From: an uncultured bacterium
GTDB lineage: Bacteria; Oederibacteriota; Oederibacteriia; Oederibacteriales; Oederibacteriaceae
DNA: 64,000 nt
Reading direction: 5' to 3'
Assembly (NCBI GenBank): GCA_965112635.1
Contig: OZ218778.1
Location: forward strand, 2,432,001 to 2,496,000
A program made the translations under genes and the position numbers. Under the pieces are notes generated by a model. That model was not told the origin of the DNA. It worked only from the letters and a program-made list of their open reading frames with translations, and did not search any database. Below are positions 39,901 to 48,829 of the stretch, piece after piece (positions within the stretch are counted from its first letter, which is position 1; every line of letters begins with the position of its first letter).

Positions 39901-42408
39901 GGAAACGGCATACCCCCCAACGGCTATGTTTATGTGACCATCACGGCCACGACCCCGGCAGCCAGTTCCAGCGGTCTTTACACCAGTTGGGGAGTACGGA
40001 CCACGGGCCAAGCCGGCGCGACCAATGCCGTCACTGGCTGGCAGCCCAATGACCTGGGAGTACGCGTCAGTCCGTTTGGTTCTCAGGGATGGGTCATTCC
40101 GCCGGCCGTGGATATCAACCAGACCCAGTATTTTACGGCCACCTTTAGCAATACCGGGGGTGCCAACGCCGACAATATCAACTCATACATATTCAGCGTC
40201 CCGGCCGGATTTACCATCATGGGCGCGGTCAATATGACCGCCACTTCGACTTCAGGGCCCTGGAGCAGTTATTACAACGGCAGCGGCCAGGATATTACCC
40301 TGACCGCCATCGGCGCTCCCTCTATACCTAACATGGGATCGGTAAGTCTGGGGATCACCCTGACCGCCCAGGCTACGGCGGCTCCCTTCAACTGGACAGC
40401 CCTGGCCGTAAGCGCCTTTAGCGCGGATGGGTCCACTCCGGTCAGCGGTCTAGGTGCGGTCGGTATCGAAAACCTGAGCGCGATCGCCTCTGTTGCTCCG
40501 CAAAATCTGGGTTTGAATTTATACAGCGTTCTCGCCTATACCATCACCAATACCGGCGGTGCAGGCGGAGACACTATTAACAACGTATTCATCAGCCTGC
40601 CTCCTGGTTACCCAGCTTCGGGGATGCAGGTAACTAATATCACAGACAGCCGCAGCGGGACTTCCTGGTTGGGTCCGGTTGGCGGTTTCAGCAGCTTGAC
40701 GGTTTCGGCCTCAGCGCCCGCTTCAGCCCTGAGCAACGGGGACATCCTGACTGTCTATCTCGGAGTAACCGCTTCGGCCGCGTCAGCAGCGCCAGCCCTG
40801 TGGCCGGTCAATGTGACCGGCTCCCTAGGCGGCACGGTTGCGGCCAATCCGCTTTCTCCCGGCAGCATGTCCGTAGGGGTATTTGACCCGCCGCTGGTAG
40901 AGGCGGTCCTGACCGTGCCCGGCGGAGGCAACACTATCTTATGCAATCAGACAGGGACGCAACTTGACTACCAAATAAGGAACATGTCAGACACAGCTAA
41001 AACCACCGAACCGCTGCAAAGCGTTGTGATTAATGTTCCCTCTAATTTTACTAATATTTCAGCGGTAAGTTTGACCGGATCAGCCAGCGTGAACGGGAAT
41101 GTGCTGACCATTACCTATGGTCCCGGTGCCCTCACCCCCACCGGCACGGACCTGGTCTCTATTTATAGCGATATCGGGACGGTTGTCAGCAGTACCAACT
41201 ACTACTTCAGCGTGACCGCCACGACCACGGCTTACGGCCTTTCTGATAACGAGATGCCTTTGTTCGGCAGTTTGACCATTACGGCCCTGACCGCGGCCCA
41301 AGCACCGACCAGGGCACTGGCCCTTGTCCTGCCCAACGCGGTGGGAGTATCCAGAACAGCGACCTTTGCCTATGCTTTGAACAACCTTGGATTACCCGGC
41401 CCTTCTGGCGTCTCCATCACCGCGGCCCATATATTTGTACCCCACGACTACCAATTCCAAGCTACCAATATCGCCGCTTTCCCCGTCACTACCGCCGCCA
41501 TCTCGGTCCCCAGTAACGGGGACAACGGCAAGACCAAACGGGTGGATATCACTTTTGCCAACGGCGGATTACCCATATCCCAGACCTGTATCTTTACCTT
41601 TACCAACATCACCACTCCGGCTACGGCCCAGTCACTGACCTGGACCGCGACCGTGGATACCGGCACGGTCTCCGGCATCAACTCCTCGCCGGCTTCAGCC
41701 GACGCCCTCACGGTCTATGTGGTCGGGCCTCCGCAGTTCACGGCCAAAATACTGCAGACCGTCAATGCGACCTTGAACTCAACGGCCACGATCCTCTATC
41801 AGGTCAAAAACCCGGCCGCCAGCCGCGACACCCTGACCGGGGTCAATATAGCCATCCCCTCGGGCTGGACGGCCCTGTCCGCCCGGACCGACAGCGGCAC
41901 GGTCACTGTCCCTGGCGGAGGCGGCAGCGTCATCATCGGCGGCTTGACCGTGACCAGCACCCTTACCCAGGATGCCTACGTCAACGTCACCATCCAGGCC
42001 ACCTCTCCGGCTTCTGGCACGGTCTTTACCTTTAACGCGAGGGTCAACACCGGTCTCTACCCCGCTGCCAACACGCTCATCATCAACGCTGGAAGTTCTG
42101 ACGTCCAGATCACCCTGACCACCCCGGTCGCCAGCATGGCGGTCAACAAAAATTTCATCAATCCCCTGCATGGAGACCTGGCCACGGTGACCTACTCGGT
42201 AGCGGCCGACGCTGATGTCTACGTCTGTCTCTACAGTGTGCACGGCGACCTGGTTAAAGTATTGGACAAGGGGCATAAGGCAATGGGCACCTACATGGTC
42301 ACCTGGGACGGGAAAGCCAGCGGTAGCAACGTGGCCAGCGGCGTGTATATCATCTTTGTCCAGGTCGGGTCGTTCAAAGACAACCGCAAGCTGATCGTGA
42401 TCAAGTAA
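36901..42408 (+). CDS. Large secreted Ig-like repeat protein with a C-terminal FlgD-Ig/T9SS-type sorting domain
   Basis: Signal peptide; about 11 degenerate repeats of roughly 125-140 aa; C-terminus NFINP..VCLYSVHGDLVKVL..WDGK..VASGVYIIFV..RKLIVIK. Confidence 0.8.
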   Translation: MRKSMRKFLFIIALAIFIAWLVYLPAQASTTTVYLQRANAGVPTTNAVPGVLTTTAGAVTVYDNFPAANFPSIYTYDYFNYFYGDGSGLGPPPAANVISYVMGGFTGSLDGSKQPSDLNLYLYWENMTGGSLWAEMEVQVIFLFNGTAGGPTLTLTYDRHDWPSVSGYSAGNPVKYNQSSPRVESANGYVNGQSMINGKVLLNLFNTGGDEQGRIKVDAPLVGTPSYIVIPYGASSSEVSTAISPNVAPLNSPAVLTYSILNNPGGLGSVAAVNITVPGGITLPGGNFYSINSANSVKGTASILQAADSSHDGVVQVVYDGVNNLSVTAQDTVTISVNTPTSLFIPPDASWRSIFKYSGGLFTDTSEVYPGSTDVRVVGLSSATDSITTSFSPPYDHKITTGSLGQTLTYTITNSPSSPEMLASAIVTIPGGVAGEFFSGITITGTSANVSVTSMIYPSASLPGSISLLFPGGLTATAGSSSATVSLLVSGPTGVTTTTWTTLFSTVAYQYLTATGGTNEQINAVTPPTATASISPTQLDIGQNSIKLIYSIDMVSAPKAVTQVAVTVPSSFTVTGVTSHLATLVTTPVASGGTITLGYAGLTAGQWDYLTITANTGSSYSVDNWSAVMANPDLVQVPLGGSTSTWTFQLPPEGFVSPSTMVPGQAASPYLFQMINGGTSGQDDAYMKTVITIPAAISVTGVTGPTGTKTWISSWTPGYNTITLTANTGQGLDTPDFEDITITASTSISGQMYCGFSAVGAYGGTSTAVATFGHSLTVTSLTLSALGIITPRVVDVGQTRTFVYTFTNTGGGAPLGDDIQSAQFTFPAGWAIVSASGVTVSPATGVKTWNAPVVVGLTVTMTAQGSANYLGNAESVSVSVVVTAPLAAATPVAISANLTGRVIPSATPVEAVPGNGDMKVKAAAVSSQGFITPNTALVSQSRSFLLTFSDTGSGTTGDNLTSFLISLPPNYTITAVNPVLASADSWTIASNSSSVTLTATGNGIPPNGYVYVTITATTPAASSSGLYTSWGVRTTGQAGATNAVTGWQPNDLGVRVSPFGSQGWVIPPAVDINQTQYFTATFSNTGGANADNINSYIFSVPAGFTIMGAVNMTATSTSGPWSSYYNGSGQDITLTAIGAPSIPNMGSVSLGITLTAQATAAPFNWTALAVSAFSADGSTPVSGLGAVGIENLSAIASVAPQNLGLNLYSVLAYTITNTGGAGGDTINNVFISLPPGYPASGMQVTNITDSRSGTSWLGPVGGFSSLTVSASAPASALSNGDILTVYLGVTASAASAAPALWPVNVTGSLGGTVAANPLSPGSMSVGVFDPPLVEAVLTVPGGGNTILCNQTGTQLDYQIRNMSDTAKTTEPLQSVVINVPSNFTNISAVSLTGSASVNGNVLTITYGPGALTPTGTDLVSIYSDIGTVVSSTNYYFSVTATTTAYGLSDNEMPLFGSLTITALTAAQAPTRALALVLPNAVGVSRTATFAYALNNLGLPGPSGVSITAAHIFVPHDYQFQATNIAAFPVTTAAISVPSNGDNGKTKRVDITFANGGLPISQTCIFTFTNITTPATAQSLTWTATVDTGTVSGINSSPASADALTVYVVGPPQFTAKILQTVNATLNSTATILYQVKNPAASRDTLTGVNIAIPSGWTALSARTDSGTVTVPGGGGSVIIGGLTVTSTLTQDAYVNVTIQATSPASGTVFTFNARVNTGLYPAANTLIINAGSSDVQITLTTPVASMAVNKNFINPLHGDLATVTYSVAADADVYVCLYSVHGDLVKVLDKGHKAMGTYMVTWDGKASGSNVASGVYIIFVQVGSFKDNRKLIVIK

Positions 42409-42445
42409 GCCATATCTTACGGAACTGGAGAAGGGCTGCTCACAG

Positions 42446-44320
42446 ATGACTTTTAGGAAAGCATTGGCGCTCACGGCTTATGCCGTTTTTTTATTCCCCT
42501 CTTTGATCGGGGCAAGCGGCGGACCGACTTCAGGCGCGGATTTTCTGAGCATGGATGAAGGTGGCCGGGCCATCGGCATGGCAGGCGCCTACACGGCCAT
42601 CGCCACGGATTCTTTGGCTACCTACTGGAACCCGGCCGGCCTGGCCCAGATCCCCTGGTATGAAGTGACCCTCCAGCACAACCAGTGGATCCAAGATTTG
42701 AGTTATGAGTATGTGTCCTTTGGCATGCCCCTGTGGCGCTACGGCGGCCTGGGCATCAGCGCCACCATGCTGTATATGCCCAGCTTTAACAACGACCCGG
42801 CCAACCTCACGGACGCCAATGCCCAGGATATCGCGGGTTCCTTGAGCTACGGCCAGAGGATATTTAACCCCATTGAGTTCGGCTTTACCGCCAAATATAT
42901 CCAGCGCACCCTCTTGAATTACACCGCCACGGCCTATGCCGGCGATGTGGGCTTGCATGCCGACCTGTTCGACAATTTCCAGTTCGGCGCCGCGGTGCAG
43001 AATATCGGCACCCCGGTCACCTTTATCAGCGAAGCCGACCCCCTGCCTCTCACCTACCGGGCCGGCCTGGCTTTTTACCTGGTTTCCGAAGACAACGACC
43101 TGACCATTGACGTGGACGGCGTGGAACCTGCCAACACCAATACCTTTTACGGCAGTGTGGGCGGCGAATTGACCCTTTACAACCAGATGGCCCTGCGCGG
43201 CGGCTATCATTTTAACCGGGATATCAACACCTACGCCGTGGGCGTGGGCCTCAAAGAACCAACCCTGATCTTGGATGTATTTTATGACCCCCTGGTCAAT
43301 CTGGGAGACAGTTATGGCGCCAGTCTGACCATCCGTTTTGGCGAGGGCGTGGAGTACATGAAAAAAGGCCTCCTGCTCCCTCCCAGCGGCCTGGTGGCCG
43401 AGGCCGGCAAGGAAAAACTCTTTCTCCATTGGGACCAGGCCAAATACCGCGAGTTCTGGGGATACAACGTTTACTATGCCGTGGCTTTTGGCAAAACTTT
43501 CCACAGGATCAACAAAGTCCGCCTGATGGACAATGACCTCATCATCAAAAAAGTCCCGGCAGAGGAAAAGTTCATCTACGCGGTCTCGGTCCTGATCGGT
43601 GAGAATGGCGAGAATGAAAGCGACCTGTCCATGCCTGTCCGGGTCATCGCCGAAAAGCTCCCTCCTGCCAAACCCACGGAAGTCTCAGTGGTTCCCATGG
43701 ATGGCGGCGCCAGGATCCAGTGGAAACCCAGCCAGGAGCCGGGCGTGACCGGCTACAATGTTTATGTGAAACGCATGCTCGGCGAAACACCCCAAAAACT
43801 CAACATTGACATGCTCCGCGACCACTTCTTCATCGCGCAGGGACTCAAGAACGATACCCCTTATTATTTCAGCGTCACCACGGTAAACGGCAACCACAAG
43901 CCTCCCCTGGAAAGCGATTTCTCCGAGGATGTATCCGCGGTTCCCGCTTCCATTTACGCCACCAAGACCAGCACGCCCACGATCACCAGGACTTCCACCC
44001 CTACCCTGACCCCCACTCCAGAACCGCCCAAGGTCAGCGCTCCTCAGGGGCTTGATATCACGCAGGACAAAACAGCCATTATCCTGAGCTGGAATGGAAA
44101 TCCGCCTACTGACGCCATCCTCGGATACTTTGTCTACTACAGCAACAAACCGGACTCCAATTTCTACCGCATCAACTCCTCGCCTCTCAACCAGGTCAGC
44201 TTGCGTCTCAAAAAGGGCCACCTCCAACAGGGGAAAACCTATTATTATGCCATTACGGCCGTGGGCCTGGACGGCAGGGAGAGCAACAAATCAGCAATAG
44301 TAGGCGTAGTGATCAGATAG
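42446..44320 (+). CDS. PorV/PorQ (UPF0164)-family beta-barrel fused to three fibronectin type III domains
   Basis: ADFLSMDEGGRAIGMAGAYTAIA.D..ATYWNPAGLA; barrel ends at YGASLTIRFG; then three W..GYNVY..Y.V..V....ES units. Confidence 0.82.
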   Translation: MTFRKALALTAYAVFLFPSLIGASGGPTSGADFLSMDEGGRAIGMAGAYTAIATDSLATYWNPAGLAQIPWYEVTLQHNQWIQDLSYEYVSFGMPLWRYGGLGISATMLYMPSFNNDPANLTDANAQDIAGSLSYGQRIFNPIEFGFTAKYIQRTLLNYTATAYAGDVGLHADLFDNFQFGAAVQNIGTPVTFISEADPLPLTYRAGLAFYLVSEDNDLTIDVDGVEPANTNTFYGSVGGELTLYNQMALRGGYHFNRDINTYAVGVGLKEPTLILDVFYDPLVNLGDSYGASLTIRFGEGVEYMKKGLLLPPSGLVAEAGKEKLFLHWDQAKYREFWGYNVYYAVAFGKTFHRINKVRLMDNDLIIKKVPAEEKFIYAVSVLIGENGENESDLSMPVRVIAEKLPPAKPTEVSVVPMDGGARIQWKPSQEPGVTGYNVYVKRMLGETPQKLNIDMLRDHFFIAQGLKNDTPYYFSVTTVNGNHKPPLESDFSEDVSAVPASIYATKTSTPTITRTSTPTLTPTPEPPKVSAPQGLDITQDKTAIILSWNGNPPTDAILGYFVYYSNKPDSNFYRINSSPLNQVSLRLKKGHLQQGKTYYYAITAVGLDGRESNKSAIVGVVIR

Positions 44321-44420
44321 AACTAACATACTGGCCTTTCATTCTTTTTCCTTTTGAACCCCATAAAATCCTCCTATAATGGTCTTGCGCAATACCCATT
44401 TGGAGGGAAATGTCAAAGTA

Positions 44421-45287
44421 ATGAAAAGAATACTGCTCGTTTTATTTTATTTTTCTATCCTTGCCCTGGGTGGATGTGGCGAAAAGATCCCCCCGCTAGG
44501 GACCTTTGCCTATGTACAGGGTGTTGTTCTTATCCAGCGCCAAAATTCCTCGCTCTTCCAGCCTGTCAAAACCGGCGACCCAGTCTATGATTCCGAGACC
44601 GTTAAAACAGCTCTGCATTCTGCCGCTGGGCTCTTCTTTGCCGGCGGAGTAAAGGTCAGCCTTGGGGAGAATACCCAGATGTTGGCCCCTGGCTTCGAAA
44701 GGAACGAAACCCGCCCCACCCTGGTCAAAGTCCTGCATCTCCTGACCGGAAAACTGTGGGCCAAGCTGACCCATCGGCCCGAGCCCTTTGAGATCAGGAC
44801 TAGAGATGGCATCATCGCGGTGAAAGGCACGGTGTTCCAGGCCGAAACCGCGCCGGCCGGCAAGACCACGCTCACGGTCTTTGAGGGTTTGGTGGAATTC
44901 GGTAATAATGCCGGCAAGGTCGCAGTGCCGGCCGGCCGCCAGAGTTCAGCGACGGCCTCCTCGGCCCCCCAACCTCCGGTAAAAGTGGACCTGAACAAAG
45001 TCGGGATTCCCGCCGGGCCGCCTGAGTTTTACCTAGAACCCCAGACTCCTACTCTGGCCCTTTCTCCGACCCCTGCCCCCAAAGCGGGCTTCATGCCGAC
45101 TAAGAAAACGGCTGAAAAAGCAGCGCCTCAGGGGAGTCCCCAGAAAGCCACGGTTGAAATAACCGCGACGCCTGTTGAAGGTACGAAAAATTCACAGAAA
45201 GATGTCCTCAACCAGTTGGACCAAGTCAGGCAGAATGCCCGTCAACATCTTCAGAATTATAAGGAGAGCCAGACCCCCCAACCCTGA
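44421..45287 (+). CDS. FecR-domain lipoprotein
   Basis: Lipobox LALGGC; VQGVV..GDPVY..VKT..LGENT; IAVKGTVF; VFEGLVEF; start set at ATG 44421. Confidence 0.82.
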   Translation: MKRILLVLFYFSILALGGCGEKIPPLGTFAYVQGVVLIQRQNSSLFQPVKTGDPVYDSETVKTALHSAAGLFFAGGVKVSLGENTQMLAPGFERNETRPTLVKVLHLLTGKLWAKLTHRPEPFEIRTRDGIIAVKGTVFQAETAPAGKTTLTVFEGLVEFGNNAGKVAVPAGRQSSATASSAPQPPVKVDLNKVGIPAGPPEFYLEPQTPTLALSPTPAPKAGFMPTKKTAEKAAPQGSPQKATVEITATPVEGTKNSQKDVLNQLDQVRQNARQHLQNYKESQTPQP

Positions 45288-45370
45288 GTGAGCATGTCCT
45301 AGTAACGCACATAATAGGTGAAAAATAGGAAGCTAGCTTTAGGAACCATTGGGAAGGAATCGATTAGGGC

Positions 45371-45619
45371 TTAATGACAACCGCAAGAGCCGCAGGAACC
45401 GCCGGAGCAGGAACCGCAGCCAGAAGAAGAAGATCTGGACCCGCTGCCGCCGGATGAGGAAGAGGGGCCGATAAACGCCATGCTGGTGAATATCTGGGCC
45501 ACATCTTTGCTGCCGCATTGGGAACAGGTCACATCCAGCCCTTTATCTTTTTCAGCAAAAGAAGCGCTGACCTCGGTAACCTGGGAACATTTTTTACATG
45601 CGTATTCATAAACTGCCAT
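45371..45619 (-). CDS. FmdB-family zinc-ribbon protein
   Basis: MAVYEYACKKC..CSQCGS and a C-terminal CGSCSGGSCGSC. Confidence 0.88.
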   Translation of the reverse strand: MAVYEYACKKCSQVTEVSASFAEKDKGLDVTCSQCGSKDVAQIFTSMAFIGPSSSSGGSGSRSSSSGCGSCSGGSCGSCGCH

Positions 45620-45646
45620 AATTTAACCAACCTCTAACGGGGTATT

Positions 45647-48600
45647 TTACTGTTTGATTTGTCCTTGCTCTTCAGTCAGCCTTTTTTGTTCCAGGGCCTC
45701 AGCCAGCCTGTCCTCATGGGCATGCCGGCTTTCCAAAGGCGCCACCACGCTGTAGAAACAGGGCACTACAAACAAAGTAAAAAAAGTGGAAACCAGCACC
45801 CCTCCGATAATGACCGTGGCCATGGGGATCTGGGTTTCGCATCCATCACCGCGCGACATTGCCGCAGGCACAGCCGCTGCAATGACAGCCACGGAAGTCA
45901 TCAGGATGGGCCTGAAACGGATGGGGCACGCTTCCAACAAAGCATCATGGGGATTTAATTTTTTCTTCTGCCTGACCTCGTTGGTAAAATCCACCAGCAT
46001 GATGGAGTTCTTTTTCACAATACCCATGAGCAGGATAAGGCCGATCAGGCTATAGATATTTAGGGACAGTTGGTCGGGAGATAGTCCCAAGGGATGCGAA
46101 AGCCACAAAGCCAGAAAAGCCCCGGAAAGGCTGAACGGGAGCGCCATCAGCACGGTAAAGGGGTCCACAAAACTGTTGAACTGGCTCGCCAGCACCATGT
46201 AGGCGCATATCACACCCAGGAGCAGGGCGAAAATGAGATTATTAAAAGAATCCTTGAACGCCGTGGAACCCGAGCTCAAAGCGATGTAATATCCTTTGGG
46301 CAGGATCTTTTTAGCAAGCTCCTGTGTCTTAGCCAGAGCGTCGGGCTGGGACTTGCCGCTGGTTACATTGGCATAAATGGTGACAGTGCGCTGGCGCTTT
46401 TGCCGGTTGATCTGCTGCAAGGCGTCGCGTTTGGTCAGGGTTACTACATCCGACAAGGGCACCACCTCACCCCGGTTGTTCCTAACCAAAAGGTCATTGA
46501 TCTGTTCCTGTTTGGTGCGCTGGTCCGGGACAAGCCTGACCCGGATGTCATCCTCATGCCCGGAACGCGGATACTGGCCTACCTTTTCGCCACCCACCAT
46601 GGCATTGACCACCTGGGCAATGGTAGACACACTGACTCCGTGCTGTGCGGCTTTATACCGGTCCGGCACTACATCCACTTCCGGCATGCCGGAAAGGTAA
46701 TCCGTATCCACATCGGTCATCATTCCGCTGTCCGACATGGCCTGTTTCAGCTGAACACTGTACTGGGCCAGCTTGTCCCAATCATCCCCTCGCACCGCGA
46801 TCTCGATGGGGAAACCCCGTCCTGTGGAAAATCCGCGTTGGGAAAGGTCCAGGATAAAAGCCTGAAAATCAGGGATCTTATTGAGGGCCTTTCGGCAGAT
46901 CTGCATTTGTTCCTGCTGGCTCAGCTGGTGGTGCAAAACCGGGTCCACCGGACGCTGACCCTTGGGTTTCATGGTCACGAAGACAAAACCTTGGTTCAAT
47001 TGCCCGCCCGTATTGCCCCCTATGGAAACGTAATATCCCTCCAGAGCTTTTTGGGTGGAAAAAAATTTCTCCATTTCTTTACATTTGGCATCCGTATAAT
47101 CCAGGGAAGCCCACACCGGAGTTTTAATGGTAAGAATAAAAACAGCCTGGTCTTGAGGCGGAATAAGTTCTTTTCTTAGAAATACGGCCACGGTCATGGA
47201 ACCCAAAGCAATGAGCAAAGCCGCGATGAGCGTCGTCCAGCGGTAATTCAGGACCCTCTGCAGCCCTTTTCTGTAAGCCCCTGCCGTAGCACGAAACGCC
47301 TGGTCCACAAAATGGCCGAATCTGGACGTCCTTGCCCCGGAGGACACAAAGGAGGAGCAACGCATAGGGGTGAGGGTCAGTGCTTCCAAAAGCGATAAAA
47401 GTACCGCGGCCACCACGGTGACGCCGAACTGGTAAAAATATTTTCCTATGATCCCCTGCATAAAAGCCACGGGCAGGAAAATGGCCACAATGGCCAGGGA
47501 CGTAGCCATAGCCGCAAAAGTGATCTGGCGTGCTCCGTCCATAGCCGCAAGCACTTTACTCTTGCCCATTTCCTGGTGCCGAATGATATTTTCCAGGACC
47601 ATGATGGCATCATCCACGACAATTCCCACGGAAAGGCTCAAACCCAGCAAGGTGAAGGTATTAAGTGTAAAACCAGAAAAATACAGAATGGTAAAAGCAC
47701 CGATGATGGAAGTGGGTATAGCCAAAAGAATGTTCAAAGTGGCGGTCCAGGATCCCAGGAAAATCCAGCACACAAAAGCTGTGGCCAGTCCGGCCAGGAT
47801 TAGGTTCTTGTTCAGGTCATGCACCGAATTCTGAATGAATTTGGTGCTGTCAAATCTGATCGACAACCTCATCCCCGCAGGAACGGTCTTGTTCAGTTCG
47901 ACCAGCTTCTTTTTGACGGCCTGGGCCACAGCCACGGCATTGGTTCCCCGCTGCTTAACAATCCCCATACCAATTGCCGGGGCACCGTTGGAACGGCTGA
48001 GACTCAGCCTGTCGGCCAGTCCTTCTTCCACGGTGGCCACTTTTCTAAGAGGGATGGGGTGATAGTTCGGTCCGCCTCCGCGGAGATTGATATACATGTC
48101 CCCAAATTCCTTAACGCTCTCTGTTTGTCCCATGGTGCGCACATTGGAATCTTTCACGAGGGTTTCCAGTAGGCCGCTGGGCAACTCCACATGTTCGCTC
48201 TGGATGGTATTGATAACATCCGGAGCCGTTAATTCATATTGTTTAAGTTTTTTGCCATCCATCCACACGCGTAGATTGGGGTCAAGATACCCGCCCAGCC
48301 TGACTTGGCCTACACCATCCACGCTGGCGAACTGGTCCTGCAGCACGTCATGCTCATAGATCATCATGTCGCGCAAACTGACCTTGGGGTCTGTGGCGCC
48401 CAGAGCAACCCAGACAATGGGCTGGTCGTCAGGATTGGTCTTGTTGTATTGGGGAGGATCCATTTGCGTGGGCAGCTGTCTTTGCACGCCGACCACGGCA
48501 TTTTGAACATCGGCCAAAGCTGAGTCGATATTGCGGCTCAAACTGAAAGTAACCGTGATCGTGGCTAATCCTTCCCTGCTCTGGGAAGTGATGTCCTGGA

Positions 48601-48829
48601 CACCTTCCACCTGCAGAACAGCTCCTTCAATAGGGTCCACCACATCGGTTTCCATGGTTTCCGGCGCCGCCCCCTCGTCTGTCAGGGTAATGTTGACGAC
48701 CGGGAAGTCCACGTCCGGCAGCTGGCTGATTCCCATGCGGTTGAAAGAAATGGCCCCAAAAATGATCAGGCCCCCCATGAGCATCCAGGCAAAAACCGGG
48801 TTCTTTATGGAAACATCTGAAAGCGTCAT
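45647..48829 (-). CDS. RND efflux permease (AcrB/AcrD/AcrF family)
   Basis: PDVDFP, GIVVDDAIMVLENI, LTLTPM, GIVKKNSIMLVDF and RFRPILMTS motifs. Confidence 0.95.
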   Translation of the reverse strand: MTLSDVSIKNPVFAWMLMGGLIIFGAISFNRMGISQLPDVDFPVVNITLTDEGAAPETMETDVVDPIEGAVLQVEGVQDITSQSREGLATITVTFSLSRNIDSALADVQNAVVGVQRQLPTQMDPPQYNKTNPDDQPIVWVALGATDPKVSLRDMMIYEHDVLQDQFASVDGVGQVRLGGYLDPNLRVWMDGKKLKQYELTAPDVINTIQSEHVELPSGLLETLVKDSNVRTMGQTESVKEFGDMYINLRGGGPNYHPIPLRKVATVEEGLADRLSLSRSNGAPAIGMGIVKQRGTNAVAVAQAVKKKLVELNKTVPAGMRLSIRFDSTKFIQNSVHDLNKNLILAGLATAFVCWIFLGSWTATLNILLAIPTSIIGAFTILYFSGFTLNTFTLLGLSLSVGIVVDDAIMVLENIIRHQEMGKSKVLAAMDGARQITFAAMATSLAIVAIFLPVAFMQGIIGKYFYQFGVTVVAAVLLSLLEALTLTPMRCSSFVSSGARTSRFGHFVDQAFRATAGAYRKGLQRVLNYRWTTLIAALLIALGSMTVAVFLRKELIPPQDQAVFILTIKTPVWASLDYTDAKCKEMEKFFSTQKALEGYYVSIGGNTGGQLNQGFVFVTMKPKGQRPVDPVLHHQLSQQEQMQICRKALNKIPDFQAFILDLSQRGFSTGRGFPIEIAVRGDDWDKLAQYSVQLKQAMSDSGMMTDVDTDYLSGMPEVDVVPDRYKAAQHGVSVSTIAQVVNAMVGGEKVGQYPRSGHEDDIRVRLVPDQRTKQEQINDLLVRNNRGEVVPLSDVVTLTKRDALQQINRQKRQRTVTIYANVTSGKSQPDALAKTQELAKKILPKGYYIALSSGSTAFKDSFNNLIFALLLGVICAYMVLASQFNSFVDPFTVLMALPFSLSGAFLALWLSHPLGLSPDQLSLNIYSLIGLILLMGIVKKNSIMLVDFTNEVRQKKKLNPHDALLEACPIRFRPILMTSVAVIAAAVPAAMSRGDGCETQIPMATVIIGGVLVSTFFTLFVVPCFYSVVAPLESRHAHEDRLAEALEQKRLTEEQGQIKQ

